Shown here piece after piece: positions 1-9,866 of a stretch of 64,000 bases of DNA (within the stretch, counting starts at the first letter, position 1; each line of letters begins with the position of its first letter). Under the pieces are notes generated by a model. That model was not told where the DNA came from. It made no database searches and saw only the letters and a list, made by a program, of their open reading frames with translations. The stretch spans positions 7,697 through 71,696 of the forward strand of contig JBHJGV010000015.1 of assembly GCA_050331455.1 (NCBI GenBank). Reading direction: 5' to 3'. A program made the translations under genes and the position numbers. This DNA is from Alphaproteobacteria bacterium. GTDB lineage: Bacteria > Pseudomonadota > Alphaproteobacteria > JAJFIK01.

Positions 1-594
1 CGTGCGGCGATCCAGGAATACATCCTGCGCTCCTGGAGCCTCGTGAAAATCGGCACCACCGCTGCCCAAAAGAAGCTGTTCTTCAATCTGCGGAAGATCA
101 AGGGCCAGCTTAAAGCCATCGATGACGGCGATCTTCATCCGGACACGGTGACGACCATCGCGGACAAGTTGGGCGTTTCCGAACAGGATGTGGTGTCCAT
201 GAACCGCCGCCTGGCGGCGCCGGATAACTCGCTCAACGCACCGCTGCGGGTGGATTCCGAAGGCGAGTGGCAGGATTGGCTGGTGGATGACGAGCCGAGT
301 CAGGAATCGCTGCTGGCCGAACGTGAGGAATATGACGAGCGGCGTGTGTTGCTGAGCGAAGCCTTGGAAACCCTCAATGACCGGGAGCGTCACATCCTCA
401 CCGAACGGCGCCTCAAGGAGGAGCCCTCCACCCTTGAGGACCTGTCCCAGGTTTACAGCATCAGCCGGGAGCGCGTGCGCCAGATTGAAGTCCGGGCCTT
501 CGAAAAGCTCCAAAAAGCCATGAAGAATGCCTTGAAGGACAAGCGCATCGCCACACTCGGCACCACCGGTGCGGAGGCTGCCGAAGCCCTCTGA
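1..594 (+). CDS. rpoH: RNA polymerase sigma-32 factor RpoH (5'-truncated by window edge)
   Basis: Frame-1 translation from nt 1 reads IQEYILRSWSLVKIGTT...; region 4.2 HTH (LEDLSQVYSISRERVRQIEVRAFEKL) and the RpoH box region are present. Stop codon at 592-594. Confidence 0.9.
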   Translation, partial: RAAIQEYILRSWSLVKIGTTAAQKKLFFNLRKIKGQLKAIDDGDLHPDTVTTIADKLGVSEQDVVSMNRRLAAPDNSLNAPLRVDSEGEWQDWLVDDEPSQESLLAEREEYDERRVLLSEALETLNDRERHILTERRLKEEPSTLEDLSQVYSISRERVRQIEVRAFEKLQKAMKNALKDKRIATLGTTGAEAAEAL

Positions 595-625
595 TCCGCA
601 CTTTTCGCTGTGTACGGACCCCAGA

Positions 626-656
626 CGCCGCCCGGCCAACCGGGCGGCTTTTTTTA
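626..656 (+). terminator. Rho-independent terminator downstream of rpoH
   Basis: GC stem gccgcccgg / ccgggcggc with loop ccaa, followed by a run of T (648-656). Confidence 0.85.
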
Positions 657-699
657 TCCGTCGCTGCGCAGGCCTTCGCCGGTATTTTGAACGCCGCGG

Positions 700-734
700 A
701 AAAAAAGGCCGGGACCCCGTTTCGGACCCCGGCC
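700..734 (-). terminator. Candidate intrinsic terminator for the convergent helicase gene (minus strand)
   Basis: On the minus strand, the GC-rich hairpin ggccggg...cccggcc is followed by 7 T (A-run 700-706 on the plus strand). It lies about 30 nt after the helicase stop at 765. Confidence 0.65.
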
Positions 735-764
735 TTGGATGAAGAAACGCCCAAATCCAGGGGC

Positions 765-2333
765 TTAGCCCCGGGCGGAAATGCCGAGCATGCGATTGAG
801 TCCCGTCTCCGGCGCCTCGGTCGGGACGAAGCCGTCCGCCTTGGGCCGGGACCCGTTCGAACCGCCCCGGCCATGATCGGAGCCGCCGGTGCGCCGCGGT
901 GCGGATTTTCCTTGGGCCTTCCGGTCGAGCCCGCTGCCCTTGGCTTGCGCGCCGCGCCCGGTGTCCCGGCGCTCGCCGGACCGGCCCGCCTTGCGCGGAT
1001 CCGCAGAGCGCGGCTGGGACGGGCGGGCCTGACCAGTCCGGGGTCCGGACGAACCGGATCCACCCGGTTTCGCACCGGACGACCGGGAACGGTTGCCCCG
1101 CGAACCGGCCGGCGGACCATCCCGCCGCGGTGAAGACGCAGGCGGCATCTCCGGCGCCGGCTTGCCGTCGCTGGCCAGGCGCGCCCCGATCAGCCGCTCG
1201 ATATCCCGGAGCAAGGACCGCTCCTCCGGATCGCACAGGGAGACCGCCGCACCGCTGCGTCCGGCCCGTGCCGTCCGTCCGATCCGGTGCACATAGGCCT
1301 CCGGCACATTGGGGAGTTCGTAGTTGAAGACATGGGACACGTCGTCGATGTCGATGCCCCGGGCTGCGATATCCGTCGCCACCAGGATGGAGACCTTGCC
1401 CTCGCGAAAAGCATCGAGGATCCGCGTACGTTGGTTCTGGCTCTTGTTGCCGTGGATGGCGCCAGAATTGAACCCGGATTTTTCCAGATTTCGGCTGACC
1501 CGATCCGCACCGCGCTTGGTCTTGGTAAAGACGATAGCCCGGTCGATGGTCGTGTCGGACAGCAGATCCGTCAGCTTGGCCATCTTTTCCGACCGGTCGA
1601 GATGGATAACGCTCTGGTCGATCCTCTCCACGGGCCGGCTCTGGGGCGAGACCGAGACTTCAGCGGGCTCGGTCAGAAACTCATCGGCCAGCTTGCGGAT
1701 CGGCGGCGGCATGGTGGCCGACAGGAGGACGGTCTGACGATCCTTGGGCAGACGGCCCATGATCCGGCGGATGGCCGGGAAAAATCCGAGGTCGAACATT
1801 TGGTCCGCCTCGTCGAGCACAACCGCTTTGGTCTGGCCGAGGCTGATTGCGCCGGTCGTCATGTGGTCGAGCAACCGGCCCGGCGTCGCGACAAGGATGT
1901 CCACGCCCCCTGCAAGGGCCTTGATCTGGGGACCGGGCCGGGCGCCGCCGACCACCACGGCCACGCGGAGCTTCGTATTGCGCCCGAGCGTCTTGACCGA
2001 ATCCGCGATCTGGGCCGCCAGTTCCCGGGTCGGCGCCAGAATAAGCGCTCCACAGGTTTTCGGCGCACGCTGGAGCGTGCCGCGGACATGGGCGTCGAGG
2101 AGGGGCAGCACAAACGCCGCCGTCTTGCCGGTGCCCGTTTGGGCAATGCCGACCACATCCTGTCCGCCGAGCAGTTTGGGAATGACGCCGGCCTGGATGG
2201 GCGTGGGCGTCGTGAAGCCTTCGTCCGATACGGCGCGAAGGAGATCCTCGGCGAGGCCGAGGGAAGAGAAATCGGTCAAATGGGACCTTTCGCACCTCAA
2301 GGCCCGGGGATCGCATCCACGGGCGGAGGTCAA
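765..2333 (-). CDS. rhlE: DEAD-box ATP-dependent RNA helicase (RhlE-like) with Arg/Gly/Ser-rich C-terminal tail
   Basis: Q-motif region TPTPIQ, motif I AQTGTGKT, DEAD motif VLDEADQM, SAT, HRIGRTAR. About 140 aa of RG/SG-rich basic tail at the C-terminus. The track start is a TTG; an internal TTG near 2278, preceded by AAAGG, is the more probable start (protein would begin MTDFSSLGL). Confidence 0.9.
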   Translation of the reverse strand: MTSARGCDPRALRCERSHLTDFSSLGLAEDLLRAVSDEGFTTPTPIQAGVIPKLLGGQDVVGIAQTGTGKTAAFVLPLLDAHVRGTLQRAPKTCGALILAPTRELAAQIADSVKTLGRNTKLRVAVVVGGARPGPQIKALAGGVDILVATPGRLLDHMTTGAISLGQTKAVVLDEADQMFDLGFFPAIRRIMGRLPKDRQTVLLSATMPPPIRKLADEFLTEPAEVSVSPQSRPVERIDQSVIHLDRSEKMAKLTDLLSDTTIDRAIVFTKTKRGADRVSRNLEKSGFNSGAIHGNKSQNQRTRILDAFREGKVSILVATDIAARGIDIDDVSHVFNYELPNVPEAYVHRIGRTARAGRSGAAVSLCDPEERSLLRDIERLIGARLASDGKPAPEMPPASSPRRDGPPAGSRGNRSRSSGAKPGGSGSSGPRTGQARPSQPRSADPRKAGRSGERRDTGRGAQAKGSGLDRKAQGKSAPRRTGGSDHGRGGSNGSRPKADGFVPTEAPETGLNRMLGISARG

Positions 2334-2629
2334 TCGTGTTTGTGTGGGGGAGCTTGCGCGGAAAAGCCGCCGAATTCAGGGACTTGGGCCTCTAAGGCGA
2401 CCGGCGCACAAATGCATCGGGCGGAGGCAAAAGCAGCCGCCGGCGCTTGAAGCGTCGTCCACGCGCGGTGCTCATGTGACCTAAACAGCACGATAATTGG
2501 TAAAAAGCAAATGAAGCCGGCCTTGCCACGCTGAAGGCCCAGATCGAGGACGACCCGGGGGCACCGCAGACCCCGCCCTCGGCGTAAGGCCAGGGCTGCA
2601 CCGTTTGGAAAAATCCCCGGTCCTCGGAC

Positions 2630-3922
2630 TCACCGTCCGAAAGGATCACGCACCAGGATCGTGTCCTCCCGTTCCGGCGATGTGGACAGCAGAGACACGG
2701 GGCACTCGATCAGTTCCTCCACAAAGCGCACATACTTCACCGCCTGGGCCGGAAGATCAGCCCAGGACCGGGCGCCCCGGGTCGTGGCCTGCCAGCCCTC
2801 CAGGGTCTGATAGACCGGCTCGACCTTGGCCTGAGCCGCCTGCCCGGAGGGGAAGAAATCGATGATCTGCCCGTCGAGGCGATATTTCGTGCACACATTG
2901 ATGGTCTCGAACCCGTCCAGGACGTCGAGCTTGGTCAGGGCGATCCCGTCGATGCCGCCGGTGCGGATGGCCTGGCGCACCAACACCGCATCGAACCAGC
3001 CGCAGCGGCGCGAGCGCCCCGTGACCGTGCCGAACTCGCGGCCCCGCTCGCCCAGCAGCCGGCCCGTCTCGTCGGTCAGTTCCGTCGGAAAGGGCCCCTC
3101 CCCCACCCGCGTGGTGTAGGCCTTGGTGATGCCGAGGACATAGTCGATGCTTCCAGGCCCGACACCGCTGCCCGTCGCCGCCTGACCCGCCACGGTGTTG
3201 GATGAGGTGACGAACGGATAGGTGCCGTGGTCCACGTCGAGCATGATGCCCTGGGCCCCTTCGAACAGGATCCGCCGGCCCACCCGGGCGGACAGCTCCA
3301 GCCGGCGCCAGACACAGTCCGTATAGGGCAGAATGCGCGGCGCGACGTCGAGCAGGGAGGCGATCAGGCCCTCCGCCTCCACCTCGTCCCGGCCCATGCC
3401 CCGGCGCAGGGCATTGTGATAGACCAGCAGACCCTCGACCCGGTCGCGGACCGTGGCCTCGTCGGCCAGGTCCACAACGCGCAGGGCGCGGCGGCCCACC
3501 TTGTCCTCATAGGCCGGCCCGATGCCGCGCTGGGTCGTCCCGATACGGACCGTCGTATTGCCGGCTTCGCGCAACTGGTCCATTTCCCAATGGACGGGCA
3601 GGATCAGCACCGCGTTCTCCGCCAGCACCAGATTATCCGGACCCACCTGAACGCCCATGGCCTGAAGCCGCTCGACTTCCTCGGCGAAGGCCCATGGATT
3701 GATGACGACACCATTGCCGATGACGGACAGTTTGCCGGAGCGCACGATGCCCGAGGGCAGCAGGTTGAGCTTGTAGGTCTGATCGCCGATCACCAGCGTA
3801 TGGCCGGCATTGTGCCCGCCCTGGAAGCGCACCACCACATCGGCCCGCTCCGACAGCCAGTCCACGATCTTGCCTTTGCCCTCATCACCCCATTGGGCGC
3901 CCACGACAGCCACATTGGACAT
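2630..3922 (-). CDS. purA: Adenylosuccinate synthetase
   Basis: N-terminus [21 protein letters not shown] with GTP-binding P-loop, GGHNAGHT motif. Full length of about 430 aa with an ATG start. Confidence 0.95.
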   Translation of the reverse strand: MSNVAVVGAQWGDEGKGKIVDWLSERADVVVRFQGGHNAGHTLVIGDQTYKLNLLPSGIVRSGKLSVIGNGVVINPWAFAEEVERLQAMGVQVGPDNLVLAENAVLILPVHWEMDQLREAGNTTVRIGTTQRGIGPAYEDKVGRRALRVVDLADEATVRDRVEGLLVYHNALRRGMGRDEVEAEGLIASLLDVAPRILPYTDCVWRRLELSARVGRRILFEGAQGIMLDVDHGTYPFVTSSNTVAGQAATGSGVGPGSIDYVLGITKAYTTRVGEGPFPTELTDETGRLLGERGREFGTVTGRSRRCGWFDAVLVRQAIRTGGIDGIALTKLDVLDGFETINVCTKYRLDGQIIDFFPSGQAAQAKVEPVYQTLEGWQATTRGARSWADLPAQAVKYVRFVEELIECPVSLLSTSPEREDTILVRDPFGR

Positions 3923-4079
3923 GTTCGACCCTTTTTCCTTGTCACTCTTTCAACGGGCTTGATCCCCGGGCGGACAGACCTCCCGGACTGCACAAGGCCC
4001 TGACGTCCCAAACGCATGAGGGGCGGTTCCCGAAGAACCGCCCCTCACGGCGTGTCGATGCACTTTGATCCGAGCGGGA

Positions 4080-5657
4080 TCAGAAGGTCAATGCGCGGGC
4101 ACTGCGCACCAGCGGCAACCCGCGCAGGCGGTCAAGCACATCAGCGCTCACAGGCTGATCAACCTCCAGAAGGGCCAGGGCATCGCCGCCCGGCTCCCGC
4201 CGGCCCAGGGTAAAGCCGCCGATATTCACGCCCGCCTCACCCAGGGTAATGCCCATGGAGCCGATGAATCCCGGCTTGTCCTCATTGGTGGTCATCAGCA
4301 TATGCCGGCCGATACCCGCCTCGATAGGCATGCCTTCCACCTGGATCAGACGGTGCTGACCGCTGGAAAAGATGGTCCCGGCCACGCTGTGGCTGTCCGT
4401 CTCGGTTTCCACCTGGATGCGCACATAGGTCTCATAGACGCCGCGCTGTTCCCGCAGCACCTCCGACAGCTTCAGGCCCCGTTCCTTCGCGATCACAGGC
4501 GCGGACACCATATTCACGTCCGCGAGGCGCGGGCGCAGCACCCCGGCAAGACCCGCCGAGGTGAGCGCCTTGACATTCATGGACGCCACATCGCCTTCAT
4601 ATTCGATCTGCACACCGCGGATCGGCGTGTCGCAGAGTTGGCCGACGAACAGGCCCAATTGCTGCGCCAAAGTCACGAAGGGCTTCAGGATCGGCGCCTC
4701 TTCCGCCGAAATCGACGGCATATTGATCGCATTGGTCACGGCCCCCGTCAGCAGATAATCCGACATCTGCTCGGCCACCTGGAGGGCCACTTTTTCCTGG
4801 GCCTCCATGGTCGAGGCGCCAAGATGGGGCGTCGCGATCAGCTTTTCATGGCCGAACAGGGGATGGGTCTTGGCCGGCTCCTCGGCAAAAACGTCAAGGG
4901 CGGCACCGGCCAGGTGGCCACTGTCGAGGGCCTCCTTCAGGGCCGCTTCGTCCACCAGTCCGCCGCGGGCGCAGTTTACGAGGCGCGCACCGGGACGCAT
5001 CTTCTTGATGGCGTCGGCACTGACGATATTGCGCGTCTCCTCCGTCATCGGAACATGGATGGTCACGATGTCGGAGCGCTGAAGAAGCGTGTCGAGGGTG
5101 ACTTTCTCCACACCGATCTCGCGTGCCCGATCCTCCGACAGGAACGGATCATAGGCAATGACCTTCATCTTAAGGCCCTGGGCGCGGTTGGCGACAATGC
5201 TGCCGATATTGCCGCAACCAATGACGCCAAGCGTCTTCCCGGTTAATTCCGTGCCCATGAACCGGGATTTTTCCCATTTGCCGGCATGGGTCGACTCATT
5301 GGCCTGCGGAATTTGGCGTACGAGGGCCATCATCATCGCGATGGCATGTTCTGCGGTCGTCACCGAATTGCCGAAGGGCGTGTTCATCACGACAATGCCT
5401 GCGGCCGTCGCGGACGGCAGATCGATATTGTCGACGCCGATTCCGGCGCGGCCGATGACCTTCAGGTTTTTCGCCTCGGCGATCACGTCCGGTGTGGCCT
5501 TGGTGTTGGAACGCACGGCGAGACCGTCATAGTCGCCGATAATCTGGAGCAGATCCTCCTTAGGCAGACCGGGCTTGAAATCGGCCTCGATACCGCGGCT
5601 GCGGAAGATTTCAACAGCCGCTTCGCTGAGCTTGTCGGAGATCAGGACTTTAGGCAT
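4080..5657 (-). CDS. serA: D-3-phosphoglycerate dehydrogenase (with C-terminal ACT domain)
   Basis: MPKVLISDKLSEAAVEIFRSRGIEADF..., Rossmann motif GVIGCGNIGSIVA, catalytic His/Arg region, about 525 aa including the ASB and ACT regions. Confidence 0.93.
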   Translation of the reverse strand: MPKVLISDKLSEAAVEIFRSRGIEADFKPGLPKEDLLQIIGDYDGLAVRSNTKATPDVIAEAKNLKVIGRAGIGVDNIDLPSATAAGIVVMNTPFGNSVTTAEHAIAMMMALVRQIPQANESTHAGKWEKSRFMGTELTGKTLGVIGCGNIGSIVANRAQGLKMKVIAYDPFLSEDRAREIGVEKVTLDTLLQRSDIVTIHVPMTEETRNIVSADAIKKMRPGARLVNCARGGLVDEAALKEALDSGHLAGAALDVFAEEPAKTHPLFGHEKLIATPHLGASTMEAQEKVALQVAEQMSDYLLTGAVTNAINMPSISAEEAPILKPFVTLAQQLGLFVGQLCDTPIRGVQIEYEGDVASMNVKALTSAGLAGVLRPRLADVNMVSAPVIAKERGLKLSEVLREQRGVYETYVRIQVETETDSHSVAGTIFSSGQHRLIQVEGMPIEAGIGRHMLMTTNEDKPGFIGSMGITLGEAGVNIGGFTLGRREPGGDALALLEVDQPVSADVLDRLRGLPLVRSARALTF

Positions 5658-5729
5658 GGAAAAGGGTTCCTCGAAGGCCGGTCACCGGAGTGTGGCCGTT
5701 GAAAGAGCGGACTTGAAGGGCAAGGATAA

Positions 5730-6915
5730 TCAGGCGGCGGCGCGCTGTTCCTCGCGGGCCGTGGCATAGGCCCAATCGAGCCAAGGCAGGAGAGCGACGA
5801 GATCCGAGGCCTCCACCGTGGCGCCGCACCAGATGCGCAGTCCCGATGGTGCGTCCCGGTAGCTCTCGATATCGAATGCCACCGCCTCACCTTCCAGCAA
5901 GGCGCCCAGACGCTTGACCAGGGCCTTGCGGCCATCGCCATCGAGATCCAGAAAGGCCGGATCGACGATCTTGAGGCAGACGGAGGTGTTGGACCGGGTG
6001 GCCGGATCATCCGCCAGGAAATCGATCCAGTCCCGCGACTCCACGAACCGTTCCATGACGGCCAGATTGGCATCGGCCCGGGCCCTCAGACCGGCGAGAC
6101 CGCCCACACCCTGGGACCAGCGCAGGGCATCGAGATAATCCTCGACACACAGAAGGGATGGCGTGTTGATCGTCTCGCCCTTGAAAATCCCTTCGATGAG
6201 TTTGCCGCCCTTGGTCAGACGGAAGATTTTCGGCAAGGGACGGTCAGGCGTGAAACGCTCCAGGCGCTCAACGGCGCGCGGGCCGAGGATCAACATCCCA
6301 TGGGCCGCTTCGCCGCCCAGAACTTTCTGCCAGGAATACGTGACCACATCGAGCTTTGGCCAGTCGAGATCCTGGGCGAAAGCCGCGGAGGTCGCATCGC
6401 AAATGGTCAGGCCTGCGCGATCGGCCTTGATCCAGTCCGCATTCGGAACCCGCACACCGGAGGTCGTTCCGTTCCAGGTGAAGACGACATCGCGATCCGT
6501 GTCGATGGACGCGAGATCTGGGAGCTGTCCGTAATCGGCCTCGATCACGCGGCAATCAGCCAATTTCAGCTGTTTGACCGCATCGGTGACCCATCCGGCC
6601 CCGAACGATTCCCAGGCAACCACATCGACACCCCGGGCGCCGAGCATGGTCCACATGGCCATTTCCACAGCCCCCGTATCGGAGGCGGGGACGATGCCAA
6701 TCCGATAATCATCCGGAATTTCAAGGATTTGTCGCGTGAGAGCGATCGCTTCGGCGAGCTTCGCCTTTCCGACCTTGGAGCGATGGGAGCGTCCCAAAGC
6801 AGCATCGGAGAGATCTTCGACAGTCCATCCGGGGCGCTTTGCGCAGGGACCGGAGGAGAAATGCGCCCGATCGGGACGCGTAACCGGCTTGGCCGGGATC
6901 GTCTGACTTTCCATA
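5730..6915 (-). CDS. serC: Phosphoserine aminotransferase (alphaproteobacterial or archaeal-type SerC)
   Basis: Strong similarity to rhizobial SerC ([17 protein letters not shown]..., [26 protein letters not shown]). The track ORF extends to 6983, but the conserved N-terminus starts at [10 protein letters not shown] (about 6913-6915). Confidence 0.9.
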
Positions 6916-7224
6916 AGTCTATTCCTTCCAGAATAGAAGCACTCCGTTGGGGGAGCGTGGCCCACGGAAGATATACGTCCCACACCGCTACGCCGTCAAG
7001 CAGCCAAGGGCGGACACCAAAACCAAAGCGGCCCGTGACGATGGTCACAGAGCCGTTAAGGAGGCGCAAAGCCCATGCCCTCCCGTCTCATTCCCGTCCC
7101 CTGCCCTGTCTTGGGCCCCAGTCCCTTCGGATAGGACTGTTCAAGGACGTCAGGGGGATGAAAATAGCAGCATGCCAAGCCACCCAGACCACCCGCCACC
7201 CCGCACGCACCGGAAGAGGCCGTC

Positions 7225-8373
7225 ATGACTGAACTTCTCGAATGCCAAAGACATCTCTTCGACCTGCCGCCCGGGGTCACCTATTTGAACTGCGCCTACA
7301 TGTCCCCGTCCCTGAAAACGGTCACCGCCGCGGGAGAACGCGGGGCACGGATCAAGGCCCATCCCTGGCGGATCGAGCCCAGGGATTTCTTCGCCGGCGC
7401 CGATGCGGCCCGAACCCTGTTCGCAGGTCTGATCGGAGCTGGTACGGACGATATCGCCATCGTGCCGTCGGCTAGTTACGGCATCGCATCGGCGGCAGCC
7501 AATCTTCCGCTGGCGGAGGGGCAGACCATCGTTCTGCTGGAGGAACAGTTTCCCTCCAATGTTTTCCAGTGGCGGCGCCGGGCCGACGAGGCCAGGGCAC
7601 GGATTGTCACCGTGGCCCGGCCGCATGCCGGTGACGGGTCGTGGAGCGAGGCAGTCCTCGCCGCCATCGGCGAGGATACGGCTGTCGTGGCCCTGCCCCA
7701 TTGCCACTGGACCGATGGCGCCCTGATGGACCTTGCCGCCATTTCCCGCCGGTGCCGGACGGTCGGGGCCGCCCTCGTCCTCGACCTGTCCCAGTCCCTC
7801 GGAGCCCTGCCGATCGGGATCGGTACGGTGGATGCGGACTTTCTGGTCACCCCCTGCTACAAATGGCTGCTTGGGCCCTACAGCCTGGGATTTCTCTATG
7901 TCGCACCGCGCCACCAGAACGGCATTCCCCTGGAGGAGACGTGGATCGGCCGTCAAGGGGCGGAGGATTTCGCCCGGCTGACCGCCTATACCGAGACCTG
8001 GGACACCGGCGCCCGCCGCTTCGACATGGGCGCCCGGGCCCATTTTCACCTCTTGCCCATGGCCTGCGCAGCGCTCGCGCAGATCGGCGACTGGCAGATC
8101 CCGCGCATCGCGGCAACCCTTGGCCGCATGACCGGCGAGATTGCCGACCGGGCCCAGGCCCTCGGCCTCGCCGTGCCGCCGGAGGCCGAACGCGCACCCC
8201 ATTTCATCGGCCTGCGCTTTCCCGGTGGCATGCCGGAGGGCTTGCTTGGCAGATTGAAAGAACGAGACATCTATGTCAGCGCCCGGGGGGACGCGCTCCG
8301 CGTCACGCCCCACCTTTATAACGGCACGGAGGATATCGACGTGTTGTTTTCCAGCCTCAAGGAGCTGATGTGA
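7225..8373 (+). CDS. Class V aminotransferase-fold PLP-dependent enzyme (function unassigned)
   Basis: Fold-type I/class V signatures (YLNCAYMSP near the N-terminus, PLP-lysine context TPCYKWLLGPYSLGFLY). Divergent from serC. Its stop overlaps the start of the downstream EamA gene. Confidence 0.75.
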   Translation: MTELLECQRHLFDLPPGVTYLNCAYMSPSLKTVTAAGERGARIKAHPWRIEPRDFFAGADAARTLFAGLIGAGTDDIAIVPSASYGIASAAANLPLAEGQTIVLLEEQFPSNVFQWRRRADEARARIVTVARPHAGDGSWSEAVLAAIGEDTAVVALPHCHWTDGALMDLAAISRRCRTVGAALVLDLSQSLGALPIGIGTVDADFLVTPCYKWLLGPYSLGFLYVAPRHQNGIPLEETWIGRQGAEDFARLTAYTETWDTGARRFDMGARAHFHLLPMACAALAQIGDWQIPRIAATLGRMTGEIADRAQALGLAVPPEAERAPHFIGLRFPGGMPEGLLGRLKERDIYVSARGDALRVTPHLYNGTEDIDVLFSSLKELM

Positions 8374-9272
8374 CCGAACACTCTTCCCGCGATGGGGGCG
8401 CATGGGGGCTGCTGGCCATCCTTGTCTGCCTTTACGGCTCCGCATTCTTGTTGATCAAGATCACGGTGGAGACGATCTCGCCCGTTTCTGCCGTGGCCAT
8501 CCGTATCGTGACGGCCACCGCCGTGCTGCTGGTCGCATGCCTTGTGATGGGGCGGCGCCTGCCGCCGCTCCGGGGCCTGCGCCATTGGGGCATGCTCGCC
8601 ATTCTCGGCATCACCGGCTCCGTGGCGCCTTTCATTCTCATCTCATGGGGCCAGCAGACCGTGCCGTCCAGCCTTGCGGGCATTCTCATGGCCATCATGC
8701 CCCTGACGACCATGGTGCTCGCCGCGGCCCTGGTGCCCGGCGAAGCGATCACGCCGCGCCGGCTGGCGGGCTTCACCATGGGCTTTTTCGGCCTGGTCAT
8801 CCTGTTCGGGCCCACGGCCCTCGGCCTCGCGGGCCGGGTGGGGGTGCTGGCGCAACTGGCGATCCTTTCCGGCGCCTGCTTCTATGCGCTTAACGCGGTC
8901 CTGTCGAAACACCGACCGCCGATGGATGCGCTCACGGCCGCCACAGCCATTCATCTGTGCGCGTCGTTCATGATCGTGCCCCTGGCCTTCCTCGTCGAAG
9001 ATCCGATGACCTTGGAACCGAGCCAGGCGTCCCTCGCCGCGGTGACGACTCTCGGCGTCCTCTGCAGCGCCTTTGCCACCCTTGTGCTGTTGCGCCTGAT
9101 CGACCGGGCAGGACCGAGCTTTACGGCACAGATCAACTACCTGATCCCGCTCTGGGCGACCGGTCTCGGTATCATCCTGCTGGGGGAAAATCCGGGCATG
9201 GAAGCATTGCCAGCCCTGATCCTGATCCTCGGCGGCATTGCCGTGGCCCAGGATCGGCGGAAGGCGGGTTGA
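8370..9272 (+). CDS. EamA/DMT-family transporter
   Basis: Ten predicted TM helices with two EamA repeats. Overlaps the stop of the upstream aminotransferase by 4 nt (ATGA-type coupling). Confidence 0.85.
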   Translation: MTEHSSRDGGAWGLLAILVCLYGSAFLLIKITVETISPVSAVAIRIVTATAVLLVACLVMGRRLPPLRGLRHWGMLAILGITGSVAPFILISWGQQTVPSSLAGILMAIMPLTTMVLAAALVPGEAITPRRLAGFTMGFFGLVILFGPTALGLAGRVGVLAQLAILSGACFYALNAVLSKHRPPMDALTAATAIHLCASFMIVPLAFLVEDPMTLEPSQASLAAVTTLGVLCSAFATLVLLRLIDRAGPSFTAQINYLIPLWATGLGIILLGENPGMEALPALILILGGIAVAQDRRKAG

Positions 9273-9323
9273 GCCTTCCGCCCCGGCCTGATCGGAACCG
9301 CCAAGGGCGGGCCATGGCGCCGA

Positions 9324-9845
9324 TCACAAATGGGCGATCTCTTTGAGCCCGACATTTTCGGCCCGAATGCGGATGAACAGAACGCCCGCATGGGCGATGG
9401 ACACAAGCACTGCAAGCCCCGTCAGCCCAAGGGCGAGCGGAACGGTGGCGATCTCGGCCACCACCAGCCAGTAATTCGGGTGCTTGATGAATTTATAGGG
9501 CCCGCGTGCCACCAGCGGCTCGTCCAGAATGATGATCCGCGTGGTCCAGCGCGAGCCCAGGCTGGCCAGGATCCAGATCCGAAAGACCTGGAGCAGCGCA
9601 TAGACAACAACCCAGAGCGCCACGAGACCCTGGTTCCACCCGAAAATCCACATCAGCACCAGCCAGGTGGCATGGAAGCCAACCATCAGCGGGTAATGAT
9701 CGGCGCCGATCTCCCGGGCGCCTTTGGCGAGGAGTCGTTCCGTGTTGTGCTTGGCAATGCGAAGCTCGATCAGACGCTGGGCCGTGACCACGGATAAAAG
9801 GGCGAGACCCCATCCCGCGGGCCCCTGGAACACCGTTTCCAGCAT
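9324..9845 (-). CDS. ICMT/PEMT-family membrane methyltransferase (SrsB/BpsB-like candidate O-methyltransferase)
   Basis: 173-aa polytopic protein with the C-terminal ICMT-family region (RIWILASLGSRWTTRIIILDEPLVARGPYKFIKHPNYW). Located 21 nt downstream of the type III PKS on the same strand. Confidence 0.8.
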   Translation of the reverse strand: MLETVFQGPAGWGLALLSVVTAQRLIELRIAKHNTERLLAKGAREIGADHYPLMVGFHATWLVLMWIFGWNQGLVALWVVVYALLQVFRIWILASLGSRWTTRIIILDEPLVARGPYKFIKHPNYWLVVAEIATVPLALGLTGLAVLVSIAHAGVLFIRIRAENVGLKEIAHL

Positions 9846-9866
9846 GATGCCGTTCTCCCGAAATGA

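Noticed and set aside
1287-5246. Large plus-strand ORFs (387, 258 and 393 aa) opposite the helicase, purA and serA
   Set aside because: They are antisense to confidently identified genes, have compositionally biased translations and no domain signatures.
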